Below are positions 37,137 through 50,967 of a DNA stretch of 64,000 nt, piece by piece. Source of the stretch: Spongospora subterranea f. sp. subterranea. Lineage: Eukaryota. Each line of letters starts with the position of its first letter. The stretch's first letter is position 1. The position numbers and the translations under genes are program-made. The stretch is taken from the NCBI GenBank assembly GCA_049724395.1, contig JAUGWO010000025.1, positions 1 through 64,000 on the forward strand, read 5' to 3'. The notes beneath the pieces are model-generated. The model searched no databases and was not told where the DNA came from. It saw nothing but the letters and a program-made list of their open reading frames with translations.

Positions 37137-40100
37137 TCAGAATCTCAGGATCGACGACAGAGGTTTTTTCTTTCCAGGCACCTAAAGTCAATATCAGGCC
37201 AAACAAATTCGTGATAGCGATGAAAACGTTTACCGGATCAGAAGGGGGATTTGCAGGGGTTGAGCTTTGGTACTTCTCCCTATACCTATCACAGATCTAT
37301 ATGTTTGATTGGGTTAGAACCAGAATATTAGTCATACGACAAGGTTTGTACCTGAGTTGATTCTGATGAAGACATATCTCCTCGCATGCTCAAAAACGCC
37401 TTTAATGCCACGCCACGATCGGCCCCATAAATTTCGAATACAGATTCAAAAAACAGTGGAACCCACCCGGGTTCACTGTGCAATAAATTAATAAAACAAC
37501 AATTGCATCGATGCAATGATATCTGTACCAATCAAGAATGTGCTGAATCTTCTCTATATGTTCGACCTGTTTCTCAGCGATTTTGACTGGAACGAATTCG
37601 GATATCGTATTGCCCGTATACCATTCGAACAAAGCATCGTAATCGCAATGCAGTTTGATTGTGAATTCTGAAAAACAGGTAAGCTCCTGAAATTCCCACC
37701 AATACTTTTTCGCTATGCCTTTTTTTTTAGCGGAAAGATTACAGCTTTGGAGGCAAGTGCAGTATGCGATAACAAAAAGTCTTATCGACTCCTAAGTTGA
37801 ATGGGAACATTGTTGTATATAAAAACAGCGAGACAGCGTTACCTGAATGAGTTTGGAAAAGAACACATCCTTGCTAATCCAAGATTCGTAATCGGCAAAA
37901 TAATCAGAGAACGTTGCAATGATCTTCTGAGCATATTCGCCATCTCTCGCAGATAGCCAAGTTGGAATGAACATTTCTGGAAGAACCTGATACTTATTCA
38001 GCACATTTGCCAAACTATATATCAAAGTCGGTTTACCTTCTCCTTCACGCATTGAACCATTTGTTCAGCTACGACGCAGACAGCGCTGGTCCCGACCCGG
38101 TAGAACCCATCAATTATATCATCAGTCTTCTCCACCAGCATATCTGTAGCATCCAATTGCATACTTAGCGTTTGTTCTAAAGTTCCTGAATTAATAGTTG
38201 TAGTTGACCCTCTAACTCTGGATCGAACAGCTCTTTGCAGCGGTCCCTCATTGCCTCGCTATTTTCCACACTCTGCTCGCAGTTGTTAACAACGGCAATT
38301 AGGAAGGTGTCTGGTTTGGAAAATCCTTGCGACCGCAAAGCATCAGTCTAAAGTATTTTGTTTTATGACAGAAGAAACATTGAAATACAAATCCTACCTG
38401 GAGATTTTGGTAGTCAACGAGGACAGCAAAACACATTAAAACGACATCCAGGAATGGTTGGTCCCTAAGTCCACGTTTGATAGCAAGGTCAAGTTGCTGA
38501 TTCAAAATACAAAATAAATCTTGCGGTGCACTGGTACTCTGCAAGAATTATGAATATTTACCAACCACATAATGATTGTCGGTGAGTACCCAATGCCCTT
38601 GACCATTTTGTGATGGTTCAGTTTTCCAATCCGACAGCAAAATCTTTTGAACCCATTCGTTCAAAGTTCGGCTGACGACATTTAAATATGCCTAATGATT
38701 TGACGATGATTGTTGGATTGTGGATGAAAGCCGGCTCAAAATGCTTACTTGCATCAAAATCGGTACATGTTGCAGAAATAACGTTGCCGATGAAGATTCA
38801 CTTTTCGTGTCAACTCCCAGTGATTCCATGGCCTCACAGTAATCCTGCGCGAATACGGTCAACAGATATAGAACGAAGTACCGTTTACGCTGTACTTGGA
38901 TCCAGTTTATACAATCTAAAATGTCGCTAGGTGACATTCTATCAACATCGCTGGTGCTATGTAATAATCGCGCATAACTGATGTATATTGATCAGCGCAT
39001 CACCAGACAGAAAAAGCTGAACTTACAGCCACTTCTGATAGCGAGACTCGAAAAACGAAAATACCTGAAAACGATCAGGATAGCATGGAACGACATGACT
39101 GCCAACAAAGTAAAGATCGTCGATTAGCTTTTTCCCAACGCCAAGAATGTGATTAATATTGTTGGCTGCAAACATATTCAGTTCTGAGCACGCAGATATT
39201 ACAATGAAATACCTTTATCGGGTGAATCGTCCCCAAACGCGTTAGCGAATCTCTTACCGATTGCTTCGTCCAAAACATCTAACGTTCTCTAATATCGAAT
39301 AAGACCTTTCATTCCTCAAGAATCTGCCTTCTCCCTACCTGCATCATACTACGGCGTGGAGTAACTTTGAATAAATTTCCAGTATAATTGCGTTCCTGCT
39401 CGTAATCTTCCATTTCTATCACTTCCAACGTTTTGATGAGGGTGGCCTAGAATACAATAAGAGCATGTAAGCATAATAATGGAAAAACTTTTTTTTTACA
39501 GGATCCTCTTCGGCTAGGTAAAATGTATCTGAAATATTTTCCCAGACTCGCTTTTGTAAAGCGGCAACGACAACAGAGAGCGAGTCAAAATGACGAGCAA
39601 CACGAGTGTGAGCGCTGACACGAAATATTGACACAAAATTAGTTGCTTTTGAATGCAACCTACCCAGTATCCTTTCCACTTTGATATTTGGCAGTCTCTC
39701 TAAGAGCATTGTCTCTTAACCGGACAAGCTGTCTGACCTGAATATACACCCGCTTCAGGGCCGAATCTTCATTGCCGACTTGATCTTCAAGGGCTCGTGC
39801 TCTCTCGGGTATTGAGGTAAATAAATCCATGAGCCGAGTCACCTGCCGCAAGTGCCTTCGGGCAATACCAACCTGAAAAATAATTAGCACTTGTGAACAT
39901 GCCCAAAATGAACTGAAATAAATGATGAAAGGAATTGAACTAGTGCCCACCCGTCGAATATCTTTATATGCAGAATTGAGCAGAAGTTGACATTGGGAAC
40001 ACATTGTTACGATCTGGGCCATGCTATCTTGAATGTTAACAACTCTACCGCTGCTTTGATCAAGAAGATGTTGGGCCCATCTCATGTCATCAATCTGCGT

Positions 40101-40476
40101 TGCTTGCATTGATCGTAACCTTGACAAAGAAACCTGAGAACGCCGCAAAAATCAGCAATCAAAATGTGTTTCCAGCAAGACAGCAAAAGTGATCAGACAT
40201 AATTCGAGGAACGCGAAACTTGAAAATGGAGAAGCTCAACGAAAATACTCAACCTAATGAAAACTGTACAACTAGTGGTCGGGCAACAGCACGATGTACC
40301 TGAGCTTTACTGGCAACAGAATCACTGATGGAATCGAGGCGTCTAATGTCTCTATGAATATCGATTTATGCGGAATCAACAACCCACCAACGTTAACGAA
40401 TCTGCCGAATCGCATAGCGACATGACCAGGGCCCTGGCCAGCCGTCGGCACTCCCCTTTTTCTCGTCGAGCTCCAT
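37137..40476 (-). CDS. SEC6: Exocyst complex component Sec6/EXOC3
   Basis: N-terminal QIDDMRWAQHLL...IVTMCSQCQLL...IARRHL resembles the Sec6 N-terminus; C-terminal ALKAFLSMRGDM; spliced over many exons. Start and stop are approximate. Confidence 0.75.
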
Positions 40477-41734
40477 AGCCGGCGCGGATTCCGATCAGCG
40501 CCTGGCGCCTTCCCGCTCTCAATCAGAGTGTTGTCCGGATGATGCGGTCAATTGGGGTTGAAGTGATCACACCTTCCCAGTCATCAGTACGCACCAACAA
40601 CGTGTTACTCGAATGGCCAATGGGGAATACATATCCACACCACTACAGTCAAGGTTTGAGGCGTGCCGCCAGAATGTCGCCATGAGCAAAGCAGACACTG
40701 AGCGATATTCCTGAAAGTGGCGAAGGTTTTACTCTTGGATTTACAGAACTTGCCGATATGGCCAATGAAGAATTCCGCTATCGTCAGACAGGATACAAAT
40801 TGATTCGCTCCTCCGCATCTCCGACGCCTGCGACCCTTTCATTTCTCATTGACGATATTGATATGCTGGAGCATCCATGAAAGAGCCAGATCTGATTACA
40901 TTTGATGCTCTTTGCTATGATTGATACTCCGTATTTAAATTATTCAAATATCACAATCTGTGATTCATTCAACGGATTCTATATTTATCAGGGTATTTGC
41001 GAGTTTACTACGACAAAACGAAGCAGTTTCATAATCGATTAGGGTCTATCAAATGTCATACTTGCAGAGTCTGTTTTGAACACTTTTTGAGATGGTTCCT
41101 TGACAACGATGTGGTGCCAGCATGCTCTAAAACTTTGCTACATGTTGTTTTATCTTGCAAAGATGATTGCAACTGTGGCATATTCGCAAAGACCGCTTTG
41201 GACTTTTTGCGATGGTTCAGTAAAGCCCGACGCTTGGCCCGATGTTAGTTGTCTATCAGATTTTCAACCTTCAGCCTATGTGCATTAGAGCGATCCTCAT
41301 CAATCACTTGAAAGACCCCTTCCTGCGATAAACGCATCAGGGTAACTTGATGGCTATTCATCGTCTGTCGGTTCTGTACTCAGTTGTACGTTTACGTGGA
41401 TTTACCTCGCCTGCCTCAATATTCGACGGGTTCTCGACATCAACTGGTGGATGGATCGGACATGACGAATTACCGCTTGAAACGGGCGCCATGACCAGTA
41501 CGTTTGGGCATGCAGGCAATCACCGGGGGACACAGTTCAAAGTAGGTTCGCGTGTATGTTGTTACAGTGTTCGGAAGTCGCAACTGGGCTGCAGCTGCAA
41601 CTGACGCAATAAATATCGGAATTTCATATTTCGATCTGCAGATTTCGAGGGATTCGTCGTTGAAATCCCTTCGCGGCATCCCAGTTTGTGATATCAGCTG
41701 GACCCCGAGTTTATTCTAGCGTTGTCGGTTCATC

Positions 41735-44700
41735 ATGTCTGTTGTGACGACACCACGCAGGCGAAGTTCGCGACTTCGCGTGGAACGCGTTTTGAACGTC
41801 ATGTACTGGCCAATATTTTTCCGCAATCCGTCGCAAACCGCCGTTAGCATTCTAATCTCGGTTTAACAGAAACGAATCTGATGAAGAGAGTAGCTCACAT
41901 AGCGAATCAACCAGGTCTCCTGGAACATCAGATGAGGACGATGAGCGTCCATTTTTGATAACCCCCTCAAAAAAACGGGCGAAGGTCAGCCGCCAGGTTC
42001 AAAGGAAAACCCATCAACCCAAGTCAACCCCCAGTAAAACCCGTCAACCCAAGACAACCCCCAGTAAAACGCGAACCAAAAAGAAAAACATAATTTCCCC
42101 ACACAACGTCGCAAGTTGGGCAGTTGATGACGAATCGTCAAGAGAACAACTCACAGTGATTGGTTGGTTGAATATTAACTGGGATCCAAATAATCAACAC
42201 TCGACTAAGGGCAGTTGCCCATATAGAATTGATTCGCGATTTTTCGAAGAAAACCGAGGCGTTTAAAGCCTCGGTTGCTGATTGGAATGCTCTGAATAGT
42301 GCAGATCCTGAGAATGCAATTGCCTCTATTGTTTCTTTCACAATTCATGTATGTTCGTCTAATTTCCAAGATGGTTTCCAAACTCGACATTGTTCAGGTA
42401 TGCGGGAGTTCTTTATTTGTTCCTGCCGCCGTGCTAAACAACGATCTCACCGATCCCGCATTATTGAGCCAGTTCGAATCTGACGCCAAGTCGAACAATA
42501 CTATGCAAGATTTAAATAATCCGAACAAAGTACAATAACGAAGGTGTAATTTCGCGGAGTGTTCACCTTGTGCTTCAGAGCGCAGCGAAGCGGTTCCATA
42601 GTCGTGTCAAATTATGGATCAAAATGTGGATCGAATCTTTGCCTTCGACTACATTGTTTGACACAGAGCTGCTGTGTCGTGTAATTGAGTGGGTTACCGT
42701 TCTGTCTCAAAATGGGTTACGGTAATGGCTGTTGTTTACATTTATTCCGAAGGCGAACGACTCTTGTTATGTTTTTAGGTCATTTAGGCTCGGTGCATCA
42801 GCAGTCGCATTCGCCATCGCTGATAGTTTGATGTCGCTTTATGGACAGATTCAAGTAGGTTTGATCAAATACTGTTTAGTTTGTTTAATGATTTTGTATC
42901 GATCAGACGCAACTTGCTCTTGTCATGAAGTCTTTGTCCCAGAAAAAAAAGCACGCTGGATCTTTACAGCAATTAGAAGGCGACCGTGACGAGCACAATG
43001 CTTGTTCCACAGCCCTACAGAACCACATCAATACAATATTTCAGGAGTCGGGAAAATTCTTCCCTGTTTTCTTTGGATTTAAATGTGTTTTCAGCATCTT
43101 CGTTCCACGTTATCGTGATGTGCATCACTCGGTTCGGGAACTCTGCCTCGAGTCGTTAACGTGCTGGATCCTATCTTATAGGGTTTTCGTCGCTGATGCA
43201 TATTTCAAATATATCGGATGGGCATTAAATAATTCGCATCACCAAGTAAATTCTTTTTCACTTTAGTTCCTCCTTTAACACTGTCGTTTTATAGGTTCGT
43301 AATATTGCGGTGCGGTCAATATCAGAATTGGTGAAATCTGATCTGGTTCGACCGTCTATGGTGTCATTTTTAAACCGGTTCATTGGTCGAATTATCGAAA
43401 TGCATTATGATATCGACGAAGCTGTACGATATTTAGTTTTATCGTGTCTACTACGCTGATCAGTTCATTTCTGCCTCAGGTTACTAGTAATGCGATCGAA
43501 ACATGCACCACCATTCTGGTGCACGACGATATTCTGAGTGATTATGATTCATTTGGTGATGTAGGAAACTCTTGAGTTTCTGATTTTGTTTGCTAATATC
43601 TTCGTTAGGTCGCTTCTTTACTTTGGGATAAGTCTAAAAGTATTCGTGAGGCAGCGGCGCATTATATATATGAAGATTCGTTCAACGCGGATGGAACCGA
43701 TGAGTCGTTTACGAGATCAACGCCCCAAGACGACATTGAACAACTTTACACAATGTATGCTGCAAGTCCTTCATTGATTATTGCACTTATAGTCCGAACT
43801 TTCGTTGAACCAAATTAGATATTGTGAAGCTGCCCCAAAAGAAGGTCGGACTGATGTTTATGTCCAAACTCTTGTGGAACTACTCTTCTTCAAATTGCCG
43901 TGTCTCCGCGACGTTGTGACGATGCTATCTGTGCTCAGTTCTTGTAGCGAGCGCGACGACGGGGTTATCAACGTAACCATTATTTCACCGTTTCATTTGT
44001 GCATTCAAATTTAACGCCAAATTAATGTAGAACGGACCTCCTCGTCAACATTTTGTAGCCCAACTTCTGCTGGCGTCGTTCAATTTCGCGAATCTCGGAC
44101 AGGTATAGTATTTATGATGCCTGTTTTAGTTTGGGGGACCAATGAAATCATCAGGATCAAGGGCATTCCCGTTTAACTAAAGTTCATGCCGCTCAAAAGC
44201 GTTCAACTTGGGAGTCGTTCCAGGGAATCATTGCCAGTTCAGAATTCCACGGGATAATCAACAAGTACCAATCTGAGCCGGTGTGGTTATCGATCGCATA
44301 TGGTCACCCAAGTTAATCACTGCTTTGGTTCAGGAGGTGATAGCATGTTTGTCGAAAATGATTACGAGCATATTGCAGAAATCCGATGCTGAAAGGGCCA
44401 TAACGTGCAATCCAGCCATTAGCCCTGTGCTTTCGACCATATTCCTTCGTGAAACAAACCCGCTGTTTTTATGCCCACTTAGCGCCGCTTTGTCGGCAGT
44501 TTCCAAAGCAGATTTGGCCTCAGAACGGGCTATTCAGACGCTTGTTGAAAATCTGGTAAAATCTTCTCAGGAGCTGAAGGTATCATATTTTGTTGGTCAA
44601 GGGGTTTCGCTGAATTGTCAACACTAGGACGATATGGATGAAGACAGTGTTGAGCATCTGCTTCTGACTAATGCAAATTATGCACGAATAAGTTCAATTG

Positions 44701-46095
44701 TTCAACAAGTGTGTTTCTGCGCATCAGATCTCATACCTGATTATTTAATCGTCAACAGGTCTATTGCCCAGTAGTTCTGAATTCGCGTTTCTACGACGAG
44801 GCATTGACCGAAATTATCAATGGTGGATTTGATGCTCTTCTTGAAATCCATATTGGCGATTATCGAGAGTTTGATCAAGATTGCTCATTGCAGTATTCTA
44901 TGGGGTCTTCGAGAAAATCATGGTTTTTCTTATGTTGTTATCCCGATTTCGTTGTTTGAAAATGCTTTCAGATATCGAACACACTCAATGGCGATTTCAA
45001 GCGTTGGTCAACTCTTTATGTAAAGTGTTAAGTTGGGAGGATTCGGCCCTGACCTCGTTATCCTGCTCTGTTTCAGCGGATCTCAGCGCCGCTTCTCTCT
45101 CGAGAGCAAAATTCCGATATTGTCTTAACGATGAATTGTTTCATCTTTTACGCCATCATGTCCGCAACAATCCTGGCTGTGTCGAAGCTGCCAAATCAGC
45201 GGTACGTAGGAATTCATTCATGTGCTAAATTACAAATGTTCTGTTTAGGTTCGAGTTGTTTGCTGTTTCTGTCCCGAGCACGTCTCGATTGCATCAACAT
45301 TGTTCTTTAACAACGCCGTCAATGCAAGCACTGATGAAATGAACTTGCTTTGCAAGGCTTTAATCTCGTATCTACGAGTGCGCAAACCGCAAGTTCTTGC
45401 CCAGGTCAGTTTCCACATCATCTCCGATTCTCTTTTTAATGTGCGGTTTGAAAAAAGGCAATACTTGAAACCTTACAAGAATGTTTTCGTGGCGACCATG
45501 TCAAGGAAGCTTCTGTAGATGTCACATTAGGAGTTATTTCAGGTGCTCAATGTTGATGATAGGCTTTTGCTCGTAAAGTCGCCATGTCGCATGGCCTCTC
45601 CGCTCCTACAAATTCGGGTTTTGACACGATCGTGATCGGCGGAATTGATCATTTTCTTTTGAGTTCATGTGATTCTTCCTTCCTAGCTCTTCTACTCCCG
45701 TTCTTGCAACGCTGTCCAAAAAATCTGTTAGAGAAGGTTTCACAACATATTACCAATACTTTGGAAGCCGACGAACAATCACTTGTAATCCGATATTTAC
45801 CCTTCCATTGTTTTTCTAATGGTTTTACCCAGGATGATTCAGTTAGAACTCAGCTTCTCGAGCTTCAGCAGGTATTTTCTCTGAACTCGATGTCAAAGTG
45901 TTGATGTTTTCACAGGTAACGGTCAAACGTGGTCTTGCCAATAATTTGCCGGCGCACAACCAGGTAATAGCCGCACGTGGATTACATACAGCGTTTTCAG
46001 TTTCCTTCAGTGTGATAATGCCACCAGCGTTAACGATAACGTCTCTGTCCCGGAAAGCTCCTAGAATTTCCTCTCGCCAAGACACTCGGCTTTAA
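41735..46095 (+). CDS. SCC3: Cohesin subunit STAG/SA/Scc3
   Basis: RSFRLGASAVA (STAG domain) and FVPRYRDVHHSVRELCLESLTCWILSY...YFKYIGWALNN (stromalin conserved domain). Confidence 0.88.
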
Positions 46096-46182
46096 TATAG
46101 CGAGCGCATAAAATTACCTAAATATATCTAAATAATCAAAGTTCCATTTATGTCTCGTACAGTCATTGTATAGATATTAGAT

Positions 46183-48767
46183 TCATATGCTCCTTTCCGT
46201 CTCTGAAAATGGTCCTAATTGATCGATCCGTCTGCGCAAATCTTGATTCTCTGAGAGTGCCGTTGACAGTTGATTCCTTAATGAATCGTGTTCGGCCGCA
46301 AACTGTGCGGCTAACTCAAGCTTCAAAAATATAAAAAACGTAATCACGCCATATGACACATCATGTTGTACCTTTTGCTCATGGAACTGGCGGATCACAT
46401 CCAGATGTAAGTTTCGAACATCATTTCGGAGTCCGCAAATTACTTCTTCGAAAGCGGAGCGAATCACCTTACAGACTTCTACTAAGCGTCATGGGAATGA
46501 TAATCAGCGGTTTACCTCCATCAACATTGGGTTCCCAGATTGAGTAGGTTCGCCAGGTATTGTGGGAGCTGCAACAGGCTCGGGCACTGAAGTAGCTGGA
46601 GGTGTTGATGCAGAAGTTTCAGGCAGTGAAGTTCTGGAATCAGTATGCGGGTCTTCAGATCTCTCGATTACCCTATCTGGATCAAGTTTTCTTGTTGACC
46701 TGTCCACCGGTGACCTTGATGCGATCTCAGGTTTTGCATCCACCAATATTTCACGAGGTTCCTCACGATCATTTCGATTTAGTCGCAGGATTTCAGGAGA
46801 TATCGTCAGTTCAGATGCGGACGACTCAACAGTTCCTTCAGATAGTGTTTCTGAAATTTCGTTTACACCATGTTAACAATGATATAAAATATTGATGATG
46901 GTGACCTGACCTGTTTTCCGGCTTGTAGTCAACCCGGGGTTTAATGGTTGCGACAGACTGATGAGCTTCTCTTCGCTCATGGAAACGGATGAGCGATCGT
47001 TGAAAGAGCCAATCGACGTAGACGATGAAGCTATGGAAACTGAACGTAACGTCGATCTGACTGGCGAAAATAGTGAGGACGAAACCGAAACCGAATTGAG
47101 AGCCTAATCGTAACAATAAATTGATTGGAATTCCATTATTAGAAGGACCGACCTGGTCGGTTGTCGAAGGAGATGCTTTGTATTGGATGGGGCGAGAGTG
47201 AGATTTTGCGGAGGAATCTGGAGATTATAATAAGAAAATGAGAACCTGAACGATGAACGACAGTACAGGCTGTTGTTTGAACTGGAGAGAACAAGGCGGT
47301 AGATACATGAACCGATGATGGAACTAAAAAGATAACCATAACCAATCAGACGTCAAGAGACGGTACTCGTTCTTCTCACTCGGAAAGGGCATGCTCGGGT
47401 TTGTTGATTGATGAACCGGTAATGAGACATATGGAAGCAATTTTGGAAACGACCCACGGAATCTCATTGTTGGCGTGGCTGTTGAGCGTAAATCATATAC
47501 AAGCGTATCCCCTTTGAATGTTTCAATTTCATGGCTACCAAATTGATGTAAAAAAAGCATACCTGATGTATCGGCGATGATAATACTCATGCCGTTCGGT
47601 ACAAACTGTATGGCTTTGATTGGTGCTTCAGCCTCGATAGACGTTGAGATTTTGATTTTCGCAGCAAGATCGAAAAACGCCACGCAACGATTAAGACTAC
47701 ATGTGGCAAAAAATACCTAAATTGTAGCAACAAAGTGGGCGTTCAAAACTTTTGAACGGGTAAACTGGGCATGCCTTGTTGGTCGGCGAAAAGGCGGCTC
47801 CTGTAGCAGGAGCAGAGTGCGCATTCAAGAACGATACAGAAGGGGCTTTCGACTTCACATCGTAGATGACGACGTTCCCATGATCGTCTGTCGCACATAA
47901 AAGAAACTTGGACAGTGGAGAAAATGTCAAACTCGTGACCGACTATAGAATACGTCAACTAGTGACAAATACAGCAAATTATGAATTGCCTTATGGTTAT
48001 ATGTAGCAACGTTGTTCGAATGGATTAAGCTATGAATAATGATTTGATCATTAGAATAAGACGCTATGTACCTGCAAAATCGAATAAGAATTATGACACG
48101 AACAAAAACTGAAGCTGACTAACGAATCGTCATGATTGATAGCGATAATAGATACAGGCCCATTATGTCCAGAAAATACCGCCACAGATTGGCCGTTCAG
48201 CGATGACCACACCTGAAATTGCCGTCATGAACGAGCCACACTTCCCGCCGAACAAGGAAGAGCATACGTGGACTTGGAAGGATTCCGATCCAGTACAAAT
48301 GAATCGAGTGGTGCTGGGCGATATAGCTACACATCTCGCTGGGCTATTAACCTAAAATCAACAGGGTGAACAAAAAACATTGCTGATACGGAAGCGATTC
48401 ATAAAGTTCATAACGTTGAGCAGAAAACGAACAAATTTTACCGGATTTGTGGACAACAAAAATGATGTTAATTGCTTAATAGAGCTTTCAATAGCAATAA
48501 AAACACCTAAACAATAATGCGAGAAATAATCTCGGAAATAGGTCATAAGGTCGATGACCTGAATAGACAATATTGGATCACGATCGAATACTGAATGGAC
48601 ATGAAGCGCTCCATTTTTGGTGATGGAGGCCAGCTTATTATAGCCGGCATCGAATCCCACGACCTTGTCACCGTCATCTGCAGCAGCGAAATTAATGGGA
48701 CCTCATCGGGCACAGGCGAAAAACGACGATGAACAGACCCGGATATCGCGGGAACAGCTTCCGGCAT
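46183..48767 (-). CDS. NEDD1: NEDD1/GCP-WD (gamma-tubulin ring complex adaptor)
   Basis: N-terminal WD40 repeats (DDHGNVVIYD, HSAPATGAAFSP), an S/P-rich linker and C-terminal LRNDVRNLHLDVIRQFH plus a coiled coil. Confidence 0.82.
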
Positions 48768-49014
48768 TGGTCCATGGGGATCCCCGATTGGCATGTGGTG
48801 ATGAATGGCCATTGGGATACATCAGGATCTGACCCAACCAGGATCACCCGAACCGCATCAGATTGGGCCATATAAGGCTGAACCGACCACGAACGCGCCT
48901 CCTCGAAACACTTTTACTTTGTTTTTATCTGATTTATCCGGACATTTTCTGATGTTTTTCAAAACCAGTACATTGTTACAAAGAACGACCTTAACACAAT
49001 TCGGTCAGCTTACT

Positions 49015-49096
49015 GCCTTTGTGTCCGAGTGGTTAAGGAGATCGATTCGAAATCGATTGCGCTCTGCGCTCGCGAGTTCGAATCTCGTCGAAGGCT
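49015..49096 (+). tRNA. tRNA-Ser (anticodon CGA)
   Basis: Cloverleaf: acceptor GCCTTTG/CGAAGGC, D arm TCC..GGA, anticodon stem ATCGA-TTCGAAA-TCGAT, long variable arm, T arm GCGAG-TTCGAAT-CTCGT, then a T-run terminator. Confidence 0.93.
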
Positions 49097-49740
49097 TTGT
49101 TTTTTATACGATTATTTGGCGTTTGTTTTTGGAGTACAGTAGACTTTTTTACGTTCAGCGGCATCTGTCACGGTAATCGTAGACTCTACAGACGCTTTGC
49201 TCATGATTGCCAGATGTGTAAGCGTTGAAACTTCGCACTATTTGATATAGATTGATGTTTATAGGTAATTTGATCGAAAAGAGTCGAGAAGTATCCGTAA
49301 AGCCGGTGTTCTATTTGATATATCCACAGCTCTCGGGAGCTTCAGCAGTCGAAGCGTCTGCACCAATGAATGACCGACTAGTGTAGTTACGAATATAATT
49401 TTCGACATCCACCATGTGACGAAGGCTTTGTTTTTTTGGAATTTTTATTTTCTGGAGTATTACTGTAGAGTACTGCTTTTTTTTGTTTATACAGTACCAG
49501 TTTTGATGCTATCGTAGGCTCTACAGATGCTTTGCTCATGATTGTCAGATGTAAGCGTTAGAATTTCGCATTTTAATAGATTGATGTTTATACTAATGTG
49601 AGTGAATCGTTATCCGTAAAGGCCCGTTTTCTTATTGTTATCTGGACAGCTGTCGCGCGCTTCAACAGTAGAAATGTCTGCACGAACGAAAGCCCAACCA
49701 GTGTAGTCATTACGAAAATAATCTTCGACATCCACCATGT
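49089..49740 (+). repeat. Diverged tandem duplication (~330 bp x2) starting at the tRNA 3' end
   Basis: Both copies begin CGAAGGCTTTGTTTTTT (49089, 49420), share GCTTTGCTCATGATTG and TATCCGTAAAG, and end TTCGACATCCACCATGT. Confidence 0.9.
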
Positions 49741-49847
49741 TCTAGCCCCCGTTATGACCAGCATTCTGCGACTGAACGTCGAATCTGCACATCTATTGAC
49801 CGCAATTGGTAGTAAATCGATTGAGATAATTTAAATCGAATACCGTT

Positions 49848-50710
49848 TTAGAGTTTTTGTCCTGCACGTGTGCCCAGAGCTGAAATCATTAACTGCATCT
49901 TTGATAACATCATCGCTGACAAGCAGCTGCTCGTCAATATGAAGTATTGTAAACGGAGCAGGCCAGCGAATCCGAGATATGTCGACGCTGGGATCCTCGT
50001 TAGTCCAACTGGTAAACTGGATTGTCTGAAACAGACTGGATTAGCGAAATGTTTCTGGCCAGCATAATCGCATATGTAAATTACCTTCCATTGCGTTCCA
50101 GTGCATTTATTTGGTGTGTACGCCGACATATATAATTCAGGATGACACGCTATGAAGGCTTTCAGCTCGTCCAAAGCGAACTGGCGACCAACACGCTCTG
50201 ATAGTACCTGAATGACACCATTTAGCTGAAATTGGATTGATGAGGTCAGAATACCGACATGAGCTGCGCCTGATGACAATAAAGTATAAACGACATACAT
50301 TATATAGAAAACCAGGAAAATCGCGAAAGACGATGTCGTGTTTGGGCTTCTGTAGTCAGTCTTCTTAATCTTTGATGATCTGTTGATAACAAAGCAAATC
50401 TTAAATTTGATTAATGAACAGGAGTGCACAGCACTTACATATGATACGAGTCATTGAGGAAAAAGTACAGAGTAAATAAAGCAAATAAGATAGATACAAA
50501 TTGGCAAAACAATCCAAAATTCAGTAGGTACGATCTTGTACATATCGGCTTGAGTGTGGGCGGAGTCACTTTGATAATCGGAGATTTCGTGTTTGGCGTG
50601 ATATCTTCTGCCAATCTGACCCGGGTTCGACCACCTGCCAGGGCCGCCGACGCATTCGGACATGGAATAATTATGGGTGCGGGGACCTTGCTGGAAAACG
50701 GTTCCCCCAT
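49848..50710 (-). CDS. Hypothetical membrane protein (two ORFs joinable by an intron), possibly decayed
   Basis: Hydrophobic segments in ORFs 50435-50710 and 49848-50429, with a GT...AG between them. No family recognised. Confidence 0.25.
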
Positions 50711-50809
50711 GAAACGATTGGCGCCCGGTCCAGAAGGGGCGCTGCTGTTGATGATCGACTGTCTTCACAATGGAATGGCACGGTCATCCAACAATACACG
50801 GCGAGTATG

Positions 50810-50967
50810 TGTAACGTGAACTGTTATCAATCCGCGGCGTGATGCGTTAGTGACGTTGGGAGCCCACCCCCAACCCCACTACACTATTAATCGCCACACG
50901 TGATCAGAGCCAGCGGAACGGCGTGACTGGCGTGACGCGGATACGATACGGTTACTGATTTGTTACA
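50810..50967. mobile_element. Solo LTR (158 bp)
   Basis: TGTAAC...GTTACA termini flanked by GTATG/GTACG (5-bp TSD with one transition). Confidence 0.7.
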
